Shown here one piece after another: positions 1-9,659 of a stretch of 32,000 nt of DNA. The stretch spans positions 208,679-240,678 of the forward strand of contig NZ_JACSGR010000007.1 in NCBI RefSeq assembly GCF_016025525.2. Reading direction: 5' to 3'. Under the pieces are notes generated by a model. That model ran no database searches. It saw nothing but the letters and a program-made list of their open reading frames with translations, and was not told the origin of the DNA. This stretch comes from Eikenella glucosivorans. GTDB taxonomy: Bacteria; Pseudomonadota; Gammaproteobacteria; Burkholderiales; Neisseriaceae. Within the stretch, counting starts at the first letter, position 1; every line of letters starts with the position of its first letter. Both the position numbers and the translations under genes were made by a program.

Positions 1-17
1 TCGATTAAAAGAACAAA

Positions 18-68
18 AGGCTACCTGAAAATCCCCAGTCAAAACCTGAAATAGTTTTCAGGTAGCCT
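18..68 (-). terminator. Inverted DUS pair hairpin downstream of fusA
   Basis: AGGCTACCTGAA at 18-29 and its exact reverse complement TTCAGGTAGCCT at 57-68. The pair lies 43 nt past the fusA stop on the minus strand and is flanked by A/T runs. Confidence 0.6.
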
Positions 69-110
69 GTAGAAGGCTGCCCGCTCCAATGGACAGCCAA
101 GCTTGCAAAG

Positions 111-2216
111 TTAGCCTTTGCGGTCTGCTACTACTTTTTCTGCCACGTGAGCCGGGGCTTCTGCGTATTTCTTGAATTCCATGGTGTAGGTGGCACGGCC
201 TTGAGTGGCGGAACGCAGGTCGGTTGAATAACCGAACATTTCGGCCAGCGGCACTTCAGCACGGACTTTCTTGCCGCCGATGCCGTCGTCATCCATACCC
301 AGCACGATGCCGCGGCGGCGGTTCAGGTCGCCCATCACGTCGCCCATGTAATCTTCCGGCGTTTCCACTTCTACCGCCATAATCGGTTCCAGCAGAACAG
401 GAGAGGCCTTGCGCATACCGTCTTTGAACGCCATGGAAGCGGCCAATTCAAACGCGATTTGCGAAGAGTCCACATCATGGTAAGAACCGAAGGTCAGGCG
501 CACGCGCACGTCCACCACCGGATAACCGGCCACAATACCGTTTTGCAGCGTATCGCGGATACCTTTGTCCACAGACGGAATGAACTCGCGCGGAATCACG
601 CCGCCTTTGATTTCGTCGATAAATTCGTAGCCGGCACCACCCGGTTCCATCGGCTCCATTTTGATCACAACGTGACCGTACTGACCTTTACCGCCGGACT
701 GTTTAACGTGTTTGGCTTCGGACTCGACTTCTTTGCGGATGGTTTCGCGATAGGCTACTTGCGGCGCGCCCACATTGGCTTCAACACCGAATTCACGTTT
801 CATGCGGTCAACGATGATTTCCAGGTGCAGTTCCCCCATGCCGGAAATAATGGTTTGGCCGGATTCTTCGTCGGTACGCACGCGGAAAGAGGGGTCTTCC
901 TTAGCCAAGCGGTTCAGGGCAATACCCATTTTCTCTTGGTCGGCCTTGGTTTTCGGCTCAACAGCCACGTGGATTACCGGCTCGGGGAATTCCATGCGCT
1001 CCAGAATAATCGGTGCATCTTCGGCAGCCAGCGTTTCACCGGTAGTCACATCTTTCAAACCGATGGCGGCGGCGATATCGCCTGCGCGCACTTCATCGAT
1101 TTCGTCGCGGTCGTTGGCAGTCATCTGTACCAAGCGGCCGATGCGTTCACGGGTACCTTTAACGGAGTTCACCACGCTGTCGCCGGATTTCAGCACGCCA
1201 GAGTAAACACGGATAAAGGTCAGCTGGCCGACGTATTTATCGTTCATCAGTTTGAACGCCAAAGCGGAGAATTTAGCATCGTCGCTGGCTTCGCGGTGCT
1301 CCGGCTCATCGGTATTCGGGTTCACGCCCTGTACCGGCGGGATGTCGGTCGGGGACGGCAAAAACTCTACCACGGCATCCAGCATGCGCTGCACGCCTTT
1401 ATTCTTAAATGCAGAACCGCACAATACCGGCTGGATTTCACCGGCCAAAGTACGTTGACGCAGTGCACCAACGATTTCCTCCTCGGTCAACTCTTCGCCG
1501 CCCAAGTATTTGTCCATCAGCTCCTCATTGGCTTCAGCTGCGGCTTCAATCATGTTCTGACGCCATTCTTCGGCAGTTGCCACCAAATCGGCCGGAATAT
1601 CGCCGTATTCGAAAGTCACACCTTTGTCGGCTTCGTTCCAAATAATGGCTTTCATCTTCAGCAGATCCACCACGCCTTCGAAATTATCTTCGGCACCCAC
1701 CGGCACCACTACCGGCACCGGATTGGCGCGCAGACGGGTCTTCATCTGATCAACCACGCGGAAGAAGTTGGCGCCTTGGCGGTCCATTTTGTTTACGAAG
1801 GCCAAACGCGGCACTTTGTATTTGTTTGCCTGGCGCCATACGGTTTCGGATTGAGGCTGCACACCGCCAACTGCGCAGTACACCATCACACCGCCGTCCA
1901 ACACGCGCATGGAACGCTCCACCTCAACAGTGAAATCCACGTGTCCGGGAGTGTCGATAATATTGAAACGATGCTCTTTAAACTGACCACCCATACCTTT
2001 CCAGTAGGCGGTTACGGCAGCAGAAGTAATGGTAATACCGCGCTCCTGTTCCTGCTCCATCCAGTCGGTGGTGGCCGCACCGTCGTGCACCTCACCGATT
2101 TTGTGAGTCAGGCCGGTGTAGAACAGAATACGTTCGGTAGTAGTGGTTTTGCCCGCATCAATGTGGGCGGAAATACCGATATTACGGTACAAACTAATCG
2201 GGGTTTTACGAGCCAT
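111..2216 (-). CDS. fusA: Translation elongation factor G
   Basis: 701-aa ORF. The N-terminus [24 protein letters not shown] carries the GTPase G1 motif, followed by DTPGHVDF. Full-length EF-G architecture, and it sits downstream of rpsL-rpsG. Confidence 0.98.
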   Translation of the reverse strand: MARKTPISLYRNIGISAHIDAGKTTTTERILFYTGLTHKIGEVHDGAATTDWMEQEQERGITITSAAVTAYWKGMGGQFKEHRFNIIDTPGHVDFTVEVERSMRVLDGGVMVYCAVGGVQPQSETVWRQANKYKVPRLAFVNKMDRQGANFFRVVDQMKTRLRANPVPVVVPVGAEDNFEGVVDLLKMKAIIWNEADKGVTFEYGDIPADLVATAEEWRQNMIEAAAEANEELMDKYLGGEELTEEEIVGALRQRTLAGEIQPVLCGSAFKNKGVQRMLDAVVEFLPSPTDIPPVQGVNPNTDEPEHREASDDAKFSALAFKLMNDKYVGQLTFIRVYSGVLKSGDSVVNSVKGTRERIGRLVQMTANDRDEIDEVRAGDIAAAIGLKDVTTGETLAAEDAPIILERMEFPEPVIHVAVEPKTKADQEKMGIALNRLAKEDPSFRVRTDEESGQTIISGMGELHLEIIVDRMKREFGVEANVGAPQVAYRETIRKEVESEAKHVKQSGGKGQYGHVVIKMEPMEPGGAGYEFIDEIKGGVIPREFIPSVDKGIRDTLQNGIVAGYPVVDVRVRLTFGSYHDVDSSQIAFELAASMAFKDGMRKASPVLLEPIMAVEVETPEDYMGDVMGDLNRRRGIVLGMDDDGIGGKKVRAEVPLAEMFGYSTDLRSATQGRATYTMEFKKYAEAPAHVAEKVVADRKG

Positions 2217-2234
2217 TTTGGTCGCCTTTCAAAA

Positions 2235-2708
2235 TTAGAAGCGGAAGTGAGAGAAGGCTTTGTTGGCTTCGGCCATGCGGTGCACTTCTTCACGTTTCTT
2301 CAACGCGCCGCCGCGGCCTTCGGCCGCATCCATCAGCTCACCGGCCAAACGCAAGTCCATGGACTTTTCACCACGCTTGCGGGCCGCATCGCGTACCCAG
2401 CGCATCGCCAGCGCCAAACGGCGGGAAGGACGAACCTCAACAGGAACCTGGTAGTTGGCACCACCAACACGGCGGCTTTTCACTTCCACGATCGGTTTGG
2501 CATTATCGATGGCTTCGTTAAACACCTCGATGGCTTCTTTGCCCTGCACTTTTTTGGCAATTTGCTCCAACGCACCATACACGATGCGCTCGGCAACGGA
2601 TTTCTTACCGTCCACCATCAAAACGTTCATAAACTTGGTCAGTTCAACGCTACCGAACTTCGGATCCGGCAATACGTCGCGCTTGGGGACTTCTCTACGT
2701 CTTGGCAT
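2235..2708 (-). CDS. rpsG: 30S ribosomal protein S7
   Basis: [20 protein letters not shown]... is the canonical S7 N-terminus. I trimmed the ORF-track start (2771) to the ATG at 2708. It lies between rpsL and fusA. Confidence 0.96.
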   Translation of the reverse strand: MPRRREVPKRDVLPDPKFGSVELTKFMNVLMVDGKKSVAERIVYGALEQIAKKVQGKEAIEVFNEAIDNAKPIVEVKSRRVGGANYQVPVEVRPSRRLALAMRWVRDAARKRGEKSMDLRLAGELMDAAEGRGGALKKREEVHRMAEANKAFSHFRF

Positions 2709-2822
2709 TTCAATTTCCTTTAATCTATTCAGCTGGGATTCACTCCCGCGAATGCCCATAGGAGCATTCACTTACTCGGCCGTTATATCAATAAGAGCGG
2801 CCGACGTGCCTGTATTAAAAAA

Positions 2823-3194
2823 TTATTTCGGGCGTTTGGCACCGTATTTAGAACGGGCCTGTTTACGGTCTTTCACGCCGGCGGTATCCAGAGAACCACG
2901 AACAGTGTGATAACGCACACCCGGCAAGTCTTTCACACGGCCGCCGCGAATCAGCACCACGCTGTGTTCTTGCAGGTTGTGGCCTTCGCCGCCGATGTAT
3001 GAAATCACCTCGAAGCCGTTGGTCAGGCGCACTTTGCACACTTTACGCAAAGCGGAGTTCGGTTTTTTCGGGGTGGTGGTGTACACACGGGTGCACACGC
3101 CGCGTTTCTGCGGGCAGGCTTCCAGTGCGGGCACCTTGTTTACGTACTCGGGCTTTTTGCGGCCCTTGCGTACTAACTGGTTAATAGTTGGCAT
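2823..3194 (-). CDS. rpsL: 30S ribosomal protein S12
   Basis: [14 protein letters not shown]...[11 protein letters not shown] is the canonical S12 sequence. I trimmed the ORF-track start (3242) to the ATG at 3194, giving 123 aa. Confidence 0.97.
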   Translation of the reverse strand: MPTINQLVRKGRKKPEYVNKVPALEACPQKRGVCTRVYTTTPKKPNSALRKVCKVRLTNGFEVISYIGGEGHNLQEHSVVLIRGGRVKDLPGVRYHTVRGSLDTAGVKDRKQARSKYGAKRPK

Positions 3195-3249
3195 ATTTTC
3201 TCGTCCTGTTGAGTTAAATATTTGCCGACACCATGCCGGCAAGAGCGGA

Positions 3250-3279
3250 ATTATAGTTCTTTTGCAAGCGGCGGGTCAA
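3250..3279 (-). promoter_or_regulatory. Candidate sigma70 promoter of the rpsL-rpsG-fusA operon
   Basis: The minus strand reads TTGACC (3279-3274), an 18-nt spacer, then TATAAT (3255-3250). This is about 55 nt upstream of the rpsL ATG. Confidence 0.5.
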
Positions 3280-3428
3280 TGGCGGCGGCGGAATATACCT
3301 TAGCTTTTCGTGGTTTACAGGCGGGATTGTTGCTTTATGCGCAGCACCGGGCTGCTTGGCCGGCTTGGCGAATAACGCTGTTTGGTGCGGAGAAGCAGTC
3401 TGCCGTATCCCATATCCGCACACGCTTG

Positions 3429-3494
3429 AGGCTACCTGAAAAATATAGCGCAATACGGCGGCGTTACTGCGGAGTGAAATTTTTCAGGTAGCCT
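3429..3494. repeat. Inverted DUS pair
   Basis: AGGCTACCTGAA at 3429-3440 and TTCAGGTAGCCT at 3483-3494. Confidence 0.9.
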
Positions 3495-3528
3495 CTGGCA
3501 AACCATGAAGCGGGGCAACAAAAGAAAA

Positions 3529-3570
3529 AGGCTACCTGAAAATTGCTGAATACAGTTTTTCAGGTAGCCT
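3529..3570 (-). terminator. Inverted DUS pair hairpin downstream of the YjgR-like gene
   Basis: AGGCTACCTGAA at 3529-3540 and TTCAGGTAGCCT at 3559-3570, with A/T runs on both sides. The pair is about 80 nt past the stop at 3651. Confidence 0.6.
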
Positions 3571-3650
3571 TCATACAGCCATATATCAAGCATCCGCTTT
3601 TGCTTTGCCGAAACCCGGCGGCTGGCGGCAAGCGCGGCTTCGGCTCAGCC

Positions 3651-5180
3651 TTACTTGATCGCGTTGCGGATCACGCCCATGATGCTGCGGGTGATGCTGC
3701 GCGTGATTTGTTTGTTTACCTGGCTGCCGAGCGAATCGGCCAGGTCGTAGCCGAGGCCCTGGTTGGCGCGTTTGCGGCTGCCGAACAGGCCGCCGAGGAA
3801 GCCGTCCACCACGCCGCCCTGGCTGCGTTCGGCTTTTTGCGCGCTCGCGGCGGCGCTGCTTTGGGCTTTGGCTTCGGCCTGCGCTTGTGCGGCTGCGGCC
3901 TGCTCCAGCTGTTGCAGGGCTTCGTAAGCGGAGAAATTGTCCACCGCGTCTTTGTAGTGGCGGTAGAGGATGTCGTTTTGGAAGCGGCTGTCGCGCTCGG
4001 CGGAGGCCAGTGGGGCGAGCTGGGATTGCGGCGGCAACACGAAGGCGCGCTCCACCACGCCAGGCATGCCTTTTTCATCGAGGAAGGACACCAGCGCCTC
4101 GCCCACGCCCAGCTCGGTGATCACTTGCGCCACGTCCAGCTTGGGATTGCTGCGGAAGGTTTCGGCGGCGGCGCGCACGGCTTTTTGGTCGCGCGGAGTG
4201 AAGGCGCGCAGGGCGTGCTGCACGCGGTTGCCGAGCTGGCCGAGCACGGTGTCTGGCAGATCAAGCGGGTTTTGGGTAACGAAATACACGCCCACGCCTT
4301 TGGAGCGGATAAGGCGCACCACTTGCTCGACTTGTTTGAGCAGGCTGTCGGCGGCGCTGTCGAACAGCAGGTGGGCTTCGTCGAAGAACATGACGAATTT
4401 GGGCTTCTCCAAATCGCCGACTTCGGGCAGGGTTTCAAACAGCTCGGCGAGGAACCACAGTAAAAAGGCGCTGTAGAGGCGGGGCGAGCGCATGAGTTTT
4501 TCGGCATTCAGGATGTTGATCACGCCCTGCCCGCCTTCGGTTTGCAGCCAGTCTTGCAGGTTGAGCTCGGGCTCGCCGAAAAACAGGTCGCCGCCTTCGC
4601 TTTCCAGCTGCAGCAGCTGACGCTGGATGGCGCCGACGCTGGCGGCGGAAACGTTGCCGTATTGGGTGCGGTATTCTTTGGCGTGTTCGGCCACGTATTG
4701 CAGCATGCCGCGCAGGTCTTTCAAATCGATCAGGTGCCAGCCTTTATCGTCGGCGGCTTTAAACACGAGGTTGAGCAGGCCTTCCTGGGTGTCGTTCAGG
4801 TTCATCAGGCGGGAGAGCAGCATGGGGCCCATTTCGGAAATGGTGACACGCACGGGGATGCCGGTTTCGCCGTACACGTCCCAAAAGCGCACGGGGAAGC
4901 CTTTCAGGTAGCCTTCCGCATCCAGCCCGAACTGGGCGATGCGCTCGCCCACTTTACCCTGGCCGTCGCCAGGGTTGGCGATGCCGGAGAGGTCGCCCTT
5001 CACATCGCTCATAAACACGGGGATGCCGGCGGCGCTGAAGCTTTCGGCCATTTTGCGCAGGGTGACGGTTTTGCCTGTGCCGGTGGCGCCGGCAATCAGG
5101 CCGTGGCGGTTAGCCATCTGGCCGAGCAGGAACAAATCGCGGCTGTCGGCGGCGGTTTTGGCGATATCGAATTGCGCCAT
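3651..5180 (-). CDS. yjgR: HerA-like P-loop ATPase of the YjgR/DUF853 family
   Basis: 509-aa ORF with Walker A GATGTGKT near the N-terminus and Walker B-like VMFFDEAHLLF. It has the Ala/Gln-rich tail and basic C-terminus typical of YjgR. A GGAGA SD precedes the ATG. One in-frame DUS lies at 4903-4914. Confidence 0.85.
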   Translation of the reverse strand: MAQFDIAKTAADSRDLFLLGQMANRHGLIAGATGTGKTVTLRKMAESFSAAGIPVFMSDVKGDLSGIANPGDGQGKVGERIAQFGLDAEGYLKGFPVRFWDVYGETGIPVRVTISEMGPMLLSRLMNLNDTQEGLLNLVFKAADDKGWHLIDLKDLRGMLQYVAEHAKEYRTQYGNVSAASVGAIQRQLLQLESEGGDLFFGEPELNLQDWLQTEGGQGVINILNAEKLMRSPRLYSAFLLWFLAELFETLPEVGDLEKPKFVMFFDEAHLLFDSAADSLLKQVEQVVRLIRSKGVGVYFVTQNPLDLPDTVLGQLGNRVQHALRAFTPRDQKAVRAAAETFRSNPKLDVAQVITELGVGEALVSFLDEKGMPGVVERAFVLPPQSQLAPLASAERDSRFQNDILYRHYKDAVDNFSAYEALQQLEQAAAAQAQAEAKAQSSAAASAQKAERSQGGVVDGFLGGLFGSRKRANQGLGYDLADSLGSQVNKQITRSITRSIMGVIRNAIK

Positions 5181-5299
5181 CGTGCTTCTCCAAGGGGATT
5201 GATAACGGACGGTATTGTAGCGGAATCGCGGGGTTTGACGGCAAATTTGTTGGCACGGCGGGCGGGATGGTTTTCAGGCAACCCTTAGCAAGGCATTGA

Positions 5300-5340
5300 A
5301 GGCTACCTGAAAAACTGTTTGCCGGATTTTCAGGTAGCCT
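5300..5340. repeat. Inverted DUS pair in the yjgR/pyrB divergent intergenic region
   Basis: AGGCTACCTGAA at 5300-5311 and TTCAGGTAGCCT at 5329-5340. Confidence 0.9.
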
Positions 5341-5356
5341 GCTTGCCGCCTTTAAA

Positions 5357-5422
5357 AGGCTACCTGAAAATATGAAACGGCCTGACTCACAGCCCGCCTT
5401 TACCGCTGTTTTCAGGTAGCCT
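5357..5422. repeat. Inverted DUS pair in the yjgR/pyrB divergent intergenic region
   Basis: AGGCTACCTGAA at 5357-5368 and TTCAGGTAGCCT at 5411-5422. Confidence 0.9.
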
Positions 5423-5476
5423 CTTCCCCCCAAACAGCGCATAATACGCCCGTTTGCCACCCGCCCGGAGACCGCT

Positions 5477-6397
5477 ATGCCCAACCCCCTTTACGGCCAG
5501 CACATCATTTCCATCCCCGACCTGAGCAACGAGCAGCTCGAATGCCTGCTGGATACCGCCCTGCGCCTCAAACATCAGCCGCGCCGCAACCTGCTCGAAG
5601 GCCGCCTCATCGGCTCCTGCTTCTTCGAGCCCTCCACCCGCACCCGCCTTTCCTTCGAAACCGCCGTGCAGCGCTTGGGCGGCAAAGTGATCGGCTTTTC
5701 CGACGGCGCCAACACCAGCGCCAAAAAAGGCGAAACCCTGGCCGACACCGCCCGCATCATCTCCAGCTACACCGACGCCATCGTCATCCGCCACCCCAAA
5801 GACGGCGCCGCCCGCGTGCTGGCAGAATTTTCCGCCGTGCCCGTGATCAACGCCGGCGATGGCACCAACCAGCACCCCAGCCAAACCCTGCTCGACCTGG
5901 TTACCATCCAAGAAACCCAAGGCAGCCTCGCCAACCTCATCATCGCCATGGCCGGCGACCTCAAATACGGCCGCACCGTCCACTCCCTCGCCCAGGCCAT
6001 GAAACGCTGGGGCGCCGAATTCATCTTCGTTTCCCCGCCCAGCCTCGCCATGCCCGAATACATCACCGAAGAGCTCGATGCCGCCGGTTGCCGCTACCAA
6101 ACCATGCCCAGCCTCGAAGCCGCCATCGAGCGTGCCGACATCCTCTACATGACCCGCGTGCAACGCGAACGTTTCGACGAGCAGGAGTTCGCCAAAATCC
6201 AAGGCAAATTCAACCTAGAAGCCGCCATGCTCGCCCACGCCAAGCCCAACCTGCGCGTATTGCACCCCCTGCCCCGCGTCGACGAAATCCACCCCGATGT
6301 GGATGGCACGGTTTATGCTTACTACTTCGAGCAAGCCAAAAACGGCGTATTTGCACGCATGGCCATGCTCTCGTTGGTGCTCAACGAAACCGTATAA
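5477..6397 (+). CDS. pyrB: Aspartate carbamoyltransferase catalytic subunit
   Basis: 306 aa, with the [13 protein letters not shown] carbamoyl-phosphate motif plus HPSQ and HPLPRV motifs. Confidence 0.97.
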   Translation: MPNPLYGQHIISIPDLSNEQLECLLDTALRLKHQPRRNLLEGRLIGSCFFEPSTRTRLSFETAVQRLGGKVIGFSDGANTSAKKGETLADTARIISSYTDAIVIRHPKDGAARVLAEFSAVPVINAGDGTNQHPSQTLLDLVTIQETQGSLANLIIAMAGDLKYGRTVHSLAQAMKRWGAEFIFVSPPSLAMPEYITEELDAAGCRYQTMPSLEAAIERADILYMTRVQRERFDEQEFAKIQGKFNLEAAMLAHAKPNLRVLHPLPRVDEIHPDVDGTVYAYYFEQAKNGVFARMAMLSLVLNETV

Positions 6398-6409
6398 CTC
6401 CGGCACTTC

Positions 6410-6421
6410 AGGCTACCTGAA
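6410..6421 (+). repeat. Single DUS immediately after the pyrB stop
   Basis: Perfect AGGCTACCTGAA. Confidence 0.9.
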
Positions 6422-6548
6422 AAACGCTGGGCCAAGCCAAGGTTGCATTTCGGCAAAATAAACAACCCGGCCGAAACCAACCCTTCATGCATGCACACGT
6501 CATTGGTTTATATCTATAAAACATATTGTTCAACAAAGGGATCAAATA

Positions 6549-7859
6549 ATGCATGCAAAAACCATCCTGGCGCTGATGTGCCTGGGCGCGTTGGCCGGCT
6601 GCGGCGGCGGCAGCAAAAACGGCGAAGGCCAAAATATCACCTCCATCCAATTCGGCAGCGGTAGCAGTTCTGGTCAATCTTCGACCATGTCCGTTCGTAT
6701 GCGGGAGCAATCTCAATCGCAGCCGCAAGCTGACAACAACACGCCGTCTCCCACCCCCAATCCGTCTCCCAACACAGATCCCACACCGAACCCCAATCCA
6801 ACCCCCACACCGGACCCAACGCCGAGCCCCAATCCCGATCCAACCCCCAACCCGCCCACACCGAAACCGCCCACGCCAACCCCAAGCAACGGCTGTGAAA
6901 AGGCTACTGATGATTCCGGCCAATGGAAAAGCCTGCGGTGCTTCGAATTCAAAGAATCCACCGTACCGCAAGACTGGGAAGTCAAAAACATTCCCAACCA
7001 CTTGGGCGGCCACCTCTCCTACCTCAAAGGCAACGTTGAGTTCGTGGAAAACGACTTTGTGAAGATCACCACCCGCCGCCATTGCGTGCGGCAGCAGGGC
7101 GACCCGCTCACCGCCACCAATGCCACCACCGGCGCGTGTGCGGCCAACCAAGTGGCACAATACGCCAGCGGCCGCTTCGAATCCAAGCCCATCGTGGATG
7201 CCAGCAAACCGTTCCGCGCCGAAATCCGCGCTCGCATCAACTGGAATGGCTCCCAAGGCATGCGCACCGCCCTTTGGATGCGCAACAGCGAAAACCTGCA
7301 AAACTGCGCCCGCAACCCCGCTGCCAACGACCCCTATGGCGAGCTGGATATTGTGGAATGGTATTCTTCCACCCGCGAGTATGCCTGGTCGTCCTCCCAT
7401 GCCCGCTGCTATTACAGCCATCAAACAGGTTCTTGGGCCACCCGCCTCTTCATACACCGTTTGGAATACCGCCCCAACAAACAGGCCACCCCGATAGACG
7501 GCGCTTGGCATGTATGGGCTGTTGAATTTGACGGCCAGAAAGTACGCTACTTCTTGGATGGCAAGCTGATTCCCGTGGGTACCTACCGCGTAAACGACAA
7601 CACCCGTATTGATGTCATCAACCGTCACGATACCGATGCAGATGGCGGCTATCCCTCCACCATGCCGGATGAAGACTATGCGAAGCTCAACATCACCAAA
7701 GAGATGCTGAGGCAGACATTCGTCGAGAAAGGCCCGTGGTATTTCATCATCAACGACTACGCGGAATGGGAAAAAAGCCTGAATCCGCCCAAGCCCACCG
7801 ACCCCTTCCCCATCCAAACCACTCTGATCGACTACGTGCGGCTGTATCAGAAAAACTAA
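6549..7859 (+). CDS. Surface lipoprotein with a Pro/Thr linker and a glycoside hydrolase family 16 (laminarinase/agarase-like) domain
   Basis: - Signal peptide with lipobox LAGC (Cys18).
- PT-rich linker at aa 65-113.
- GH16 hallmarks: YASGRFESK, RAEIRARI, ALWM, the catalytic ExDxxE motif as GELDIVEW (nt 7341-7358), WHVWAVEFDGQKVRYFLDG, and a C-terminal IDYVRLYQ.
- An AAAGGGA SD lies upstream of the ATG. Confidence 0.85.
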   Translation: MHAKTILALMCLGALAGCGGGSKNGEGQNITSIQFGSGSSSGQSSTMSVRMREQSQSQPQADNNTPSPTPNPSPNTDPTPNPNPTPTPDPTPSPNPDPTPNPPTPKPPTPTPSNGCEKATDDSGQWKSLRCFEFKESTVPQDWEVKNIPNHLGGHLSYLKGNVEFVENDFVKITTRRHCVRQQGDPLTATNATTGACAANQVAQYASGRFESKPIVDASKPFRAEIRARINWNGSQGMRTALWMRNSENLQNCARNPAANDPYGELDIVEWYSSTREYAWSSSHARCYYSHQTGSWATRLFIHRLEYRPNKQATPIDGAWHVWAVEFDGQKVRYFLDGKLIPVGTYRVNDNTRIDVINRHDTDADGGYPSTMPDEDYAKLNITKEMLRQTFVEKGPWYFIINDYAEWEKSLNPPKPTDPFPIQTTLIDYVRLYQKN

Positions 7860-7872
7860 CCCCCGCTATTGC

Positions 7873-7898
7873 AGGCTACCTGAAATTTCAGGTAGCCT
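7873..7898 (+). terminator. Tight inverted DUS pair hairpin after the GH16 gene
   Basis: AGGCTACCTGAA at 7873-7884 and TTCAGGTAGCCT at 7887-7898, with a 2-nt loop, followed by TTT. It starts 14 nt after the GH16 stop and ends 37 nt before the pyrI ATG. Confidence 0.6.
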
Positions 7899-7935
7899 TT
7901 ACTCCGTCTGAACCACCCGAAACCCGGAAACCCAA

Positions 7936-8394
7936 ATGGACAACAAAAAACTCAGCGTCGAAGCCATCGAACACGGCACCGTTATCGACCACATCCCAGC
8001 TGGCCTCGGCCTCGCCATCCTGCGCCAGTTCAAGCTGCTGCACCACGGCCACGCCGTTACCGTCGGCTTCAACCTCCCCAGCAAACGCCACGGCCGCAAA
8101 GACATCATCAAAATCACCGGCATCCGGCTCGACGAAGCCGCCGCTAACCGTCTCGCCCTCTTCGCCCCCGAAGCCACCGTCAACATCATTGCCAATTTCC
8201 GCGTCGAGCAGAAAATGCCGCTGAAGCTGCCCGACACCATCAGCGAAGTATTCCGCTGCCCCAACCCCAACTGCGCCAGCCACGGCGAGCCCGTAACCAG
8301 CCGCTTCTACGTGCGCCGCCGCGGCAGCCAAACCCGCCTCAAATGCCACTACTGCGAAAAAACCTACGACCGCGACTTAGTGGCCGAAGCCTGA
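7936..8394 (+). CDS. pyrI: Aspartate carbamoyltransferase regulatory subunit
   Basis: 152 aa. It has [13 protein letters not shown] and the Zn-binding Cys cluster CPNPNC...CHYC. Confidence 0.96.
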   Translation: MDNKKLSVEAIEHGTVIDHIPAGLGLAILRQFKLLHHGHAVTVGFNLPSKRHGRKDIIKITGIRLDEAAANRLALFAPEATVNIIANFRVEQKMPLKLPDTISEVFRCPNPNCASHGEPVTSRFYVRRRGSQTRLKCHYCEKTYDRDLVAEA

Positions 8395-8418
8395 AACACC
8401 ATTCACCAGACCCAACAA

Positions 8419-8470
8419 AGGCTACCTGAAAAATGCCGCACTTCAGCACACCGCATTTTTCAGGTAGCCT
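8419..8470 (+). terminator. Inverted DUS pair hairpin after pyrI
   Basis: AGGCTACCTGAA at 8419-8430 and TTCAGGTAGCCT at 8459-8470. Confidence 0.6.
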
Positions 8471-8502
8471 TTCCCCCGGTTAAACCAAGTACCCAAACCG
8501 CC

Positions 8503-9555
8503 ATGCCCTACCAATACCGCCAAACCCTGCCCCACACCCCCTTAGACATCATCGGCGACGTCCACGGCGAATTTGCCGCCTTCCAATCCCTGCTGCACCA
8601 CCTCGGCTATCACGACGACGGCCGCCACCCGCAAGGCCGCCGGCTCGTCTTCGTTGGCGACCTGTGCGACCGCGGCCCCGACAGCCCCGCCATGCTCGCC
8701 TGGTTCAAACAAGCACACGAGCGCGGCTTCGCCCAAATGGTATTGGGCAACCACGAACTCAACCTGCTCGCCAACGACCCCAAAGACGGTGCCGGCTGGT
8801 TTTTCGACAGCCGCGCCGATAAAGACGCTGCCAACTACACCCCCTGGCAACGCCAAGCCGCCGACCAAAAAACCGCCCTTACCTCCTGGCTGGCCGAACA
8901 GCCCTTGCTGCTCGAACGCCCCGACCTGCGTATCGTCCACGCCGCCTGGCTGCCTCAACACATCGAACATCTCGAAGCCGCCCAAGGAGAAGGCCTGGTG
9001 GAGCAATACCGCCGCTTCGACGCCGAGCTCGACTACCGCATCCGCACCGCCCCTTGGTATGCCGACTATTGTTATGAACAAGAACATTACGCCCCATTGG
9101 CCCACAACCCCCACCAAGCCCCGCCCCCCATGCCCGCCACCGCCCAATACGACTTCGAGCGCAGCCGCCTCAACCCGATACGCGCCCTCACCAGCGGTGT
9201 CGAACGCCTGGCCGACGCCCCCTTCTTCGCCGGCGGTCGCTGGCGCGGCACCACCCGCTGCCCCTGGTGGGACGACTATCATGCCCACACCCCCGTCATC
9301 ATCGGCCACTACTGGCGCAGCTGGCAGCCCCACCCCGCTGCACTCCCCGCCGAACGCGGCCTGCTGCCGCCACAGCCCGACAGCTGGCACGGCGCGCGGC
9401 ACAACGTGTTCTGCGTTGATTTCTCCATCGGCGCCAGCTGGCGCGCCAGGAAACATCCGCAACAATATCAGCCGGAACAATTCCGCCTCGCCGCCCTGCG
9501 TTGGCCCGAACGGGAACTGGTGTTCAACAACGGCGAACACGTTCCCACCCGTTAA
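8503..9555 (+). CDS. PPP-family metallophosphoesterase (lambda-phosphatase/PrpE/ApaH-like) with a C-terminal extension
   Basis: Ordered motifs DIIGDVHGEF, VFVGDLCDRGPDS and LGNHELN. About 200 further residues have no motif I recognise. Confidence 0.8.
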   Translation: MPYQYRQTLPHTPLDIIGDVHGEFAAFQSLLHHLGYHDDGRHPQGRRLVFVGDLCDRGPDSPAMLAWFKQAHERGFAQMVLGNHELNLLANDPKDGAGWFFDSRADKDAANYTPWQRQAADQKTALTSWLAEQPLLLERPDLRIVHAAWLPQHIEHLEAAQGEGLVEQYRRFDAELDYRIRTAPWYADYCYEQEHYAPLAHNPHQAPPPMPATAQYDFERSRLNPIRALTSGVERLADAPFFAGGRWRGTTRCPWWDDYHAHTPVIIGHYWRSWQPHPAALPAERGLLPPQPDSWHGARHNVFCVDFSIGASWRARKHPQQYQPEQFRLAALRWPERELVFNNGEHVPTR

Positions 9556-9570
9556 TGGCACAATAGGAAA

Positions 9571-9610
9571 AGGCTACCTGAAAGCTCGTTTACTTGTTTT
9601 CAGGTAGCCT
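9571..9610. terminator. Inverted DUS pair between convergent genes (likely bidirectional terminator)
   Basis: AGGCTACCTGAA at 9571-9582 and TTCAGGTAGCCT at 9599-9610. The pair lies between the stops at 9555 (+) and 9660 (-). Confidence 0.6.
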
Positions 9611-9659
9611 TTCCCATGCATCATAGTGAACAGCTTGCTTCAGCCATGCACAACCATCT

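Noticed and set aside
459-2723. 754-aa ORF antisense to fusA and rpsG
   Set aside because: It is a His/Arg/Gly/Val-rich low-complexity translation with no motifs. It lies opposite two unmistakable ribosomal-operon genes, so it is a typical GC-rich antisense artefact.
2709-3242. N-terminal extensions in the ORF track for rpsG (to 2771) and rpsL (to 3242). The same applies to rpoH (to 11860), coaD (from 13887), the IS110 recombinase (to 29606), ybcJ (from 28179) and atpI (to 21587).
   Set aside because: Canonical family N-termini begin at internal ATG or GTG codons. The extensions run into promoter or leader sequence or use weak TTG or GTG starts.
5300-5422. pyrL-type transcription attenuator upstream of pyrB
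   Set aside because: The hairpins are DUS pairs without a following U-tract in the pyrB direction, and there is no leader peptide ORF.
7165-7190. GCTTCGAATCC, resembling a tRNA T-arm
   Set aside because: It lies inside the GH16 coding frame (GRFESK). There are no acceptor or anticodon stems around it.
6408-7817. 469-aa ORF antisense to the GH16 lipoprotein gene
   Set aside because: The plus-strand frame has a lipobox, an SD and ordered GH16 motifs. The antisense frame is Gly/Arg/Val-rich with no features.
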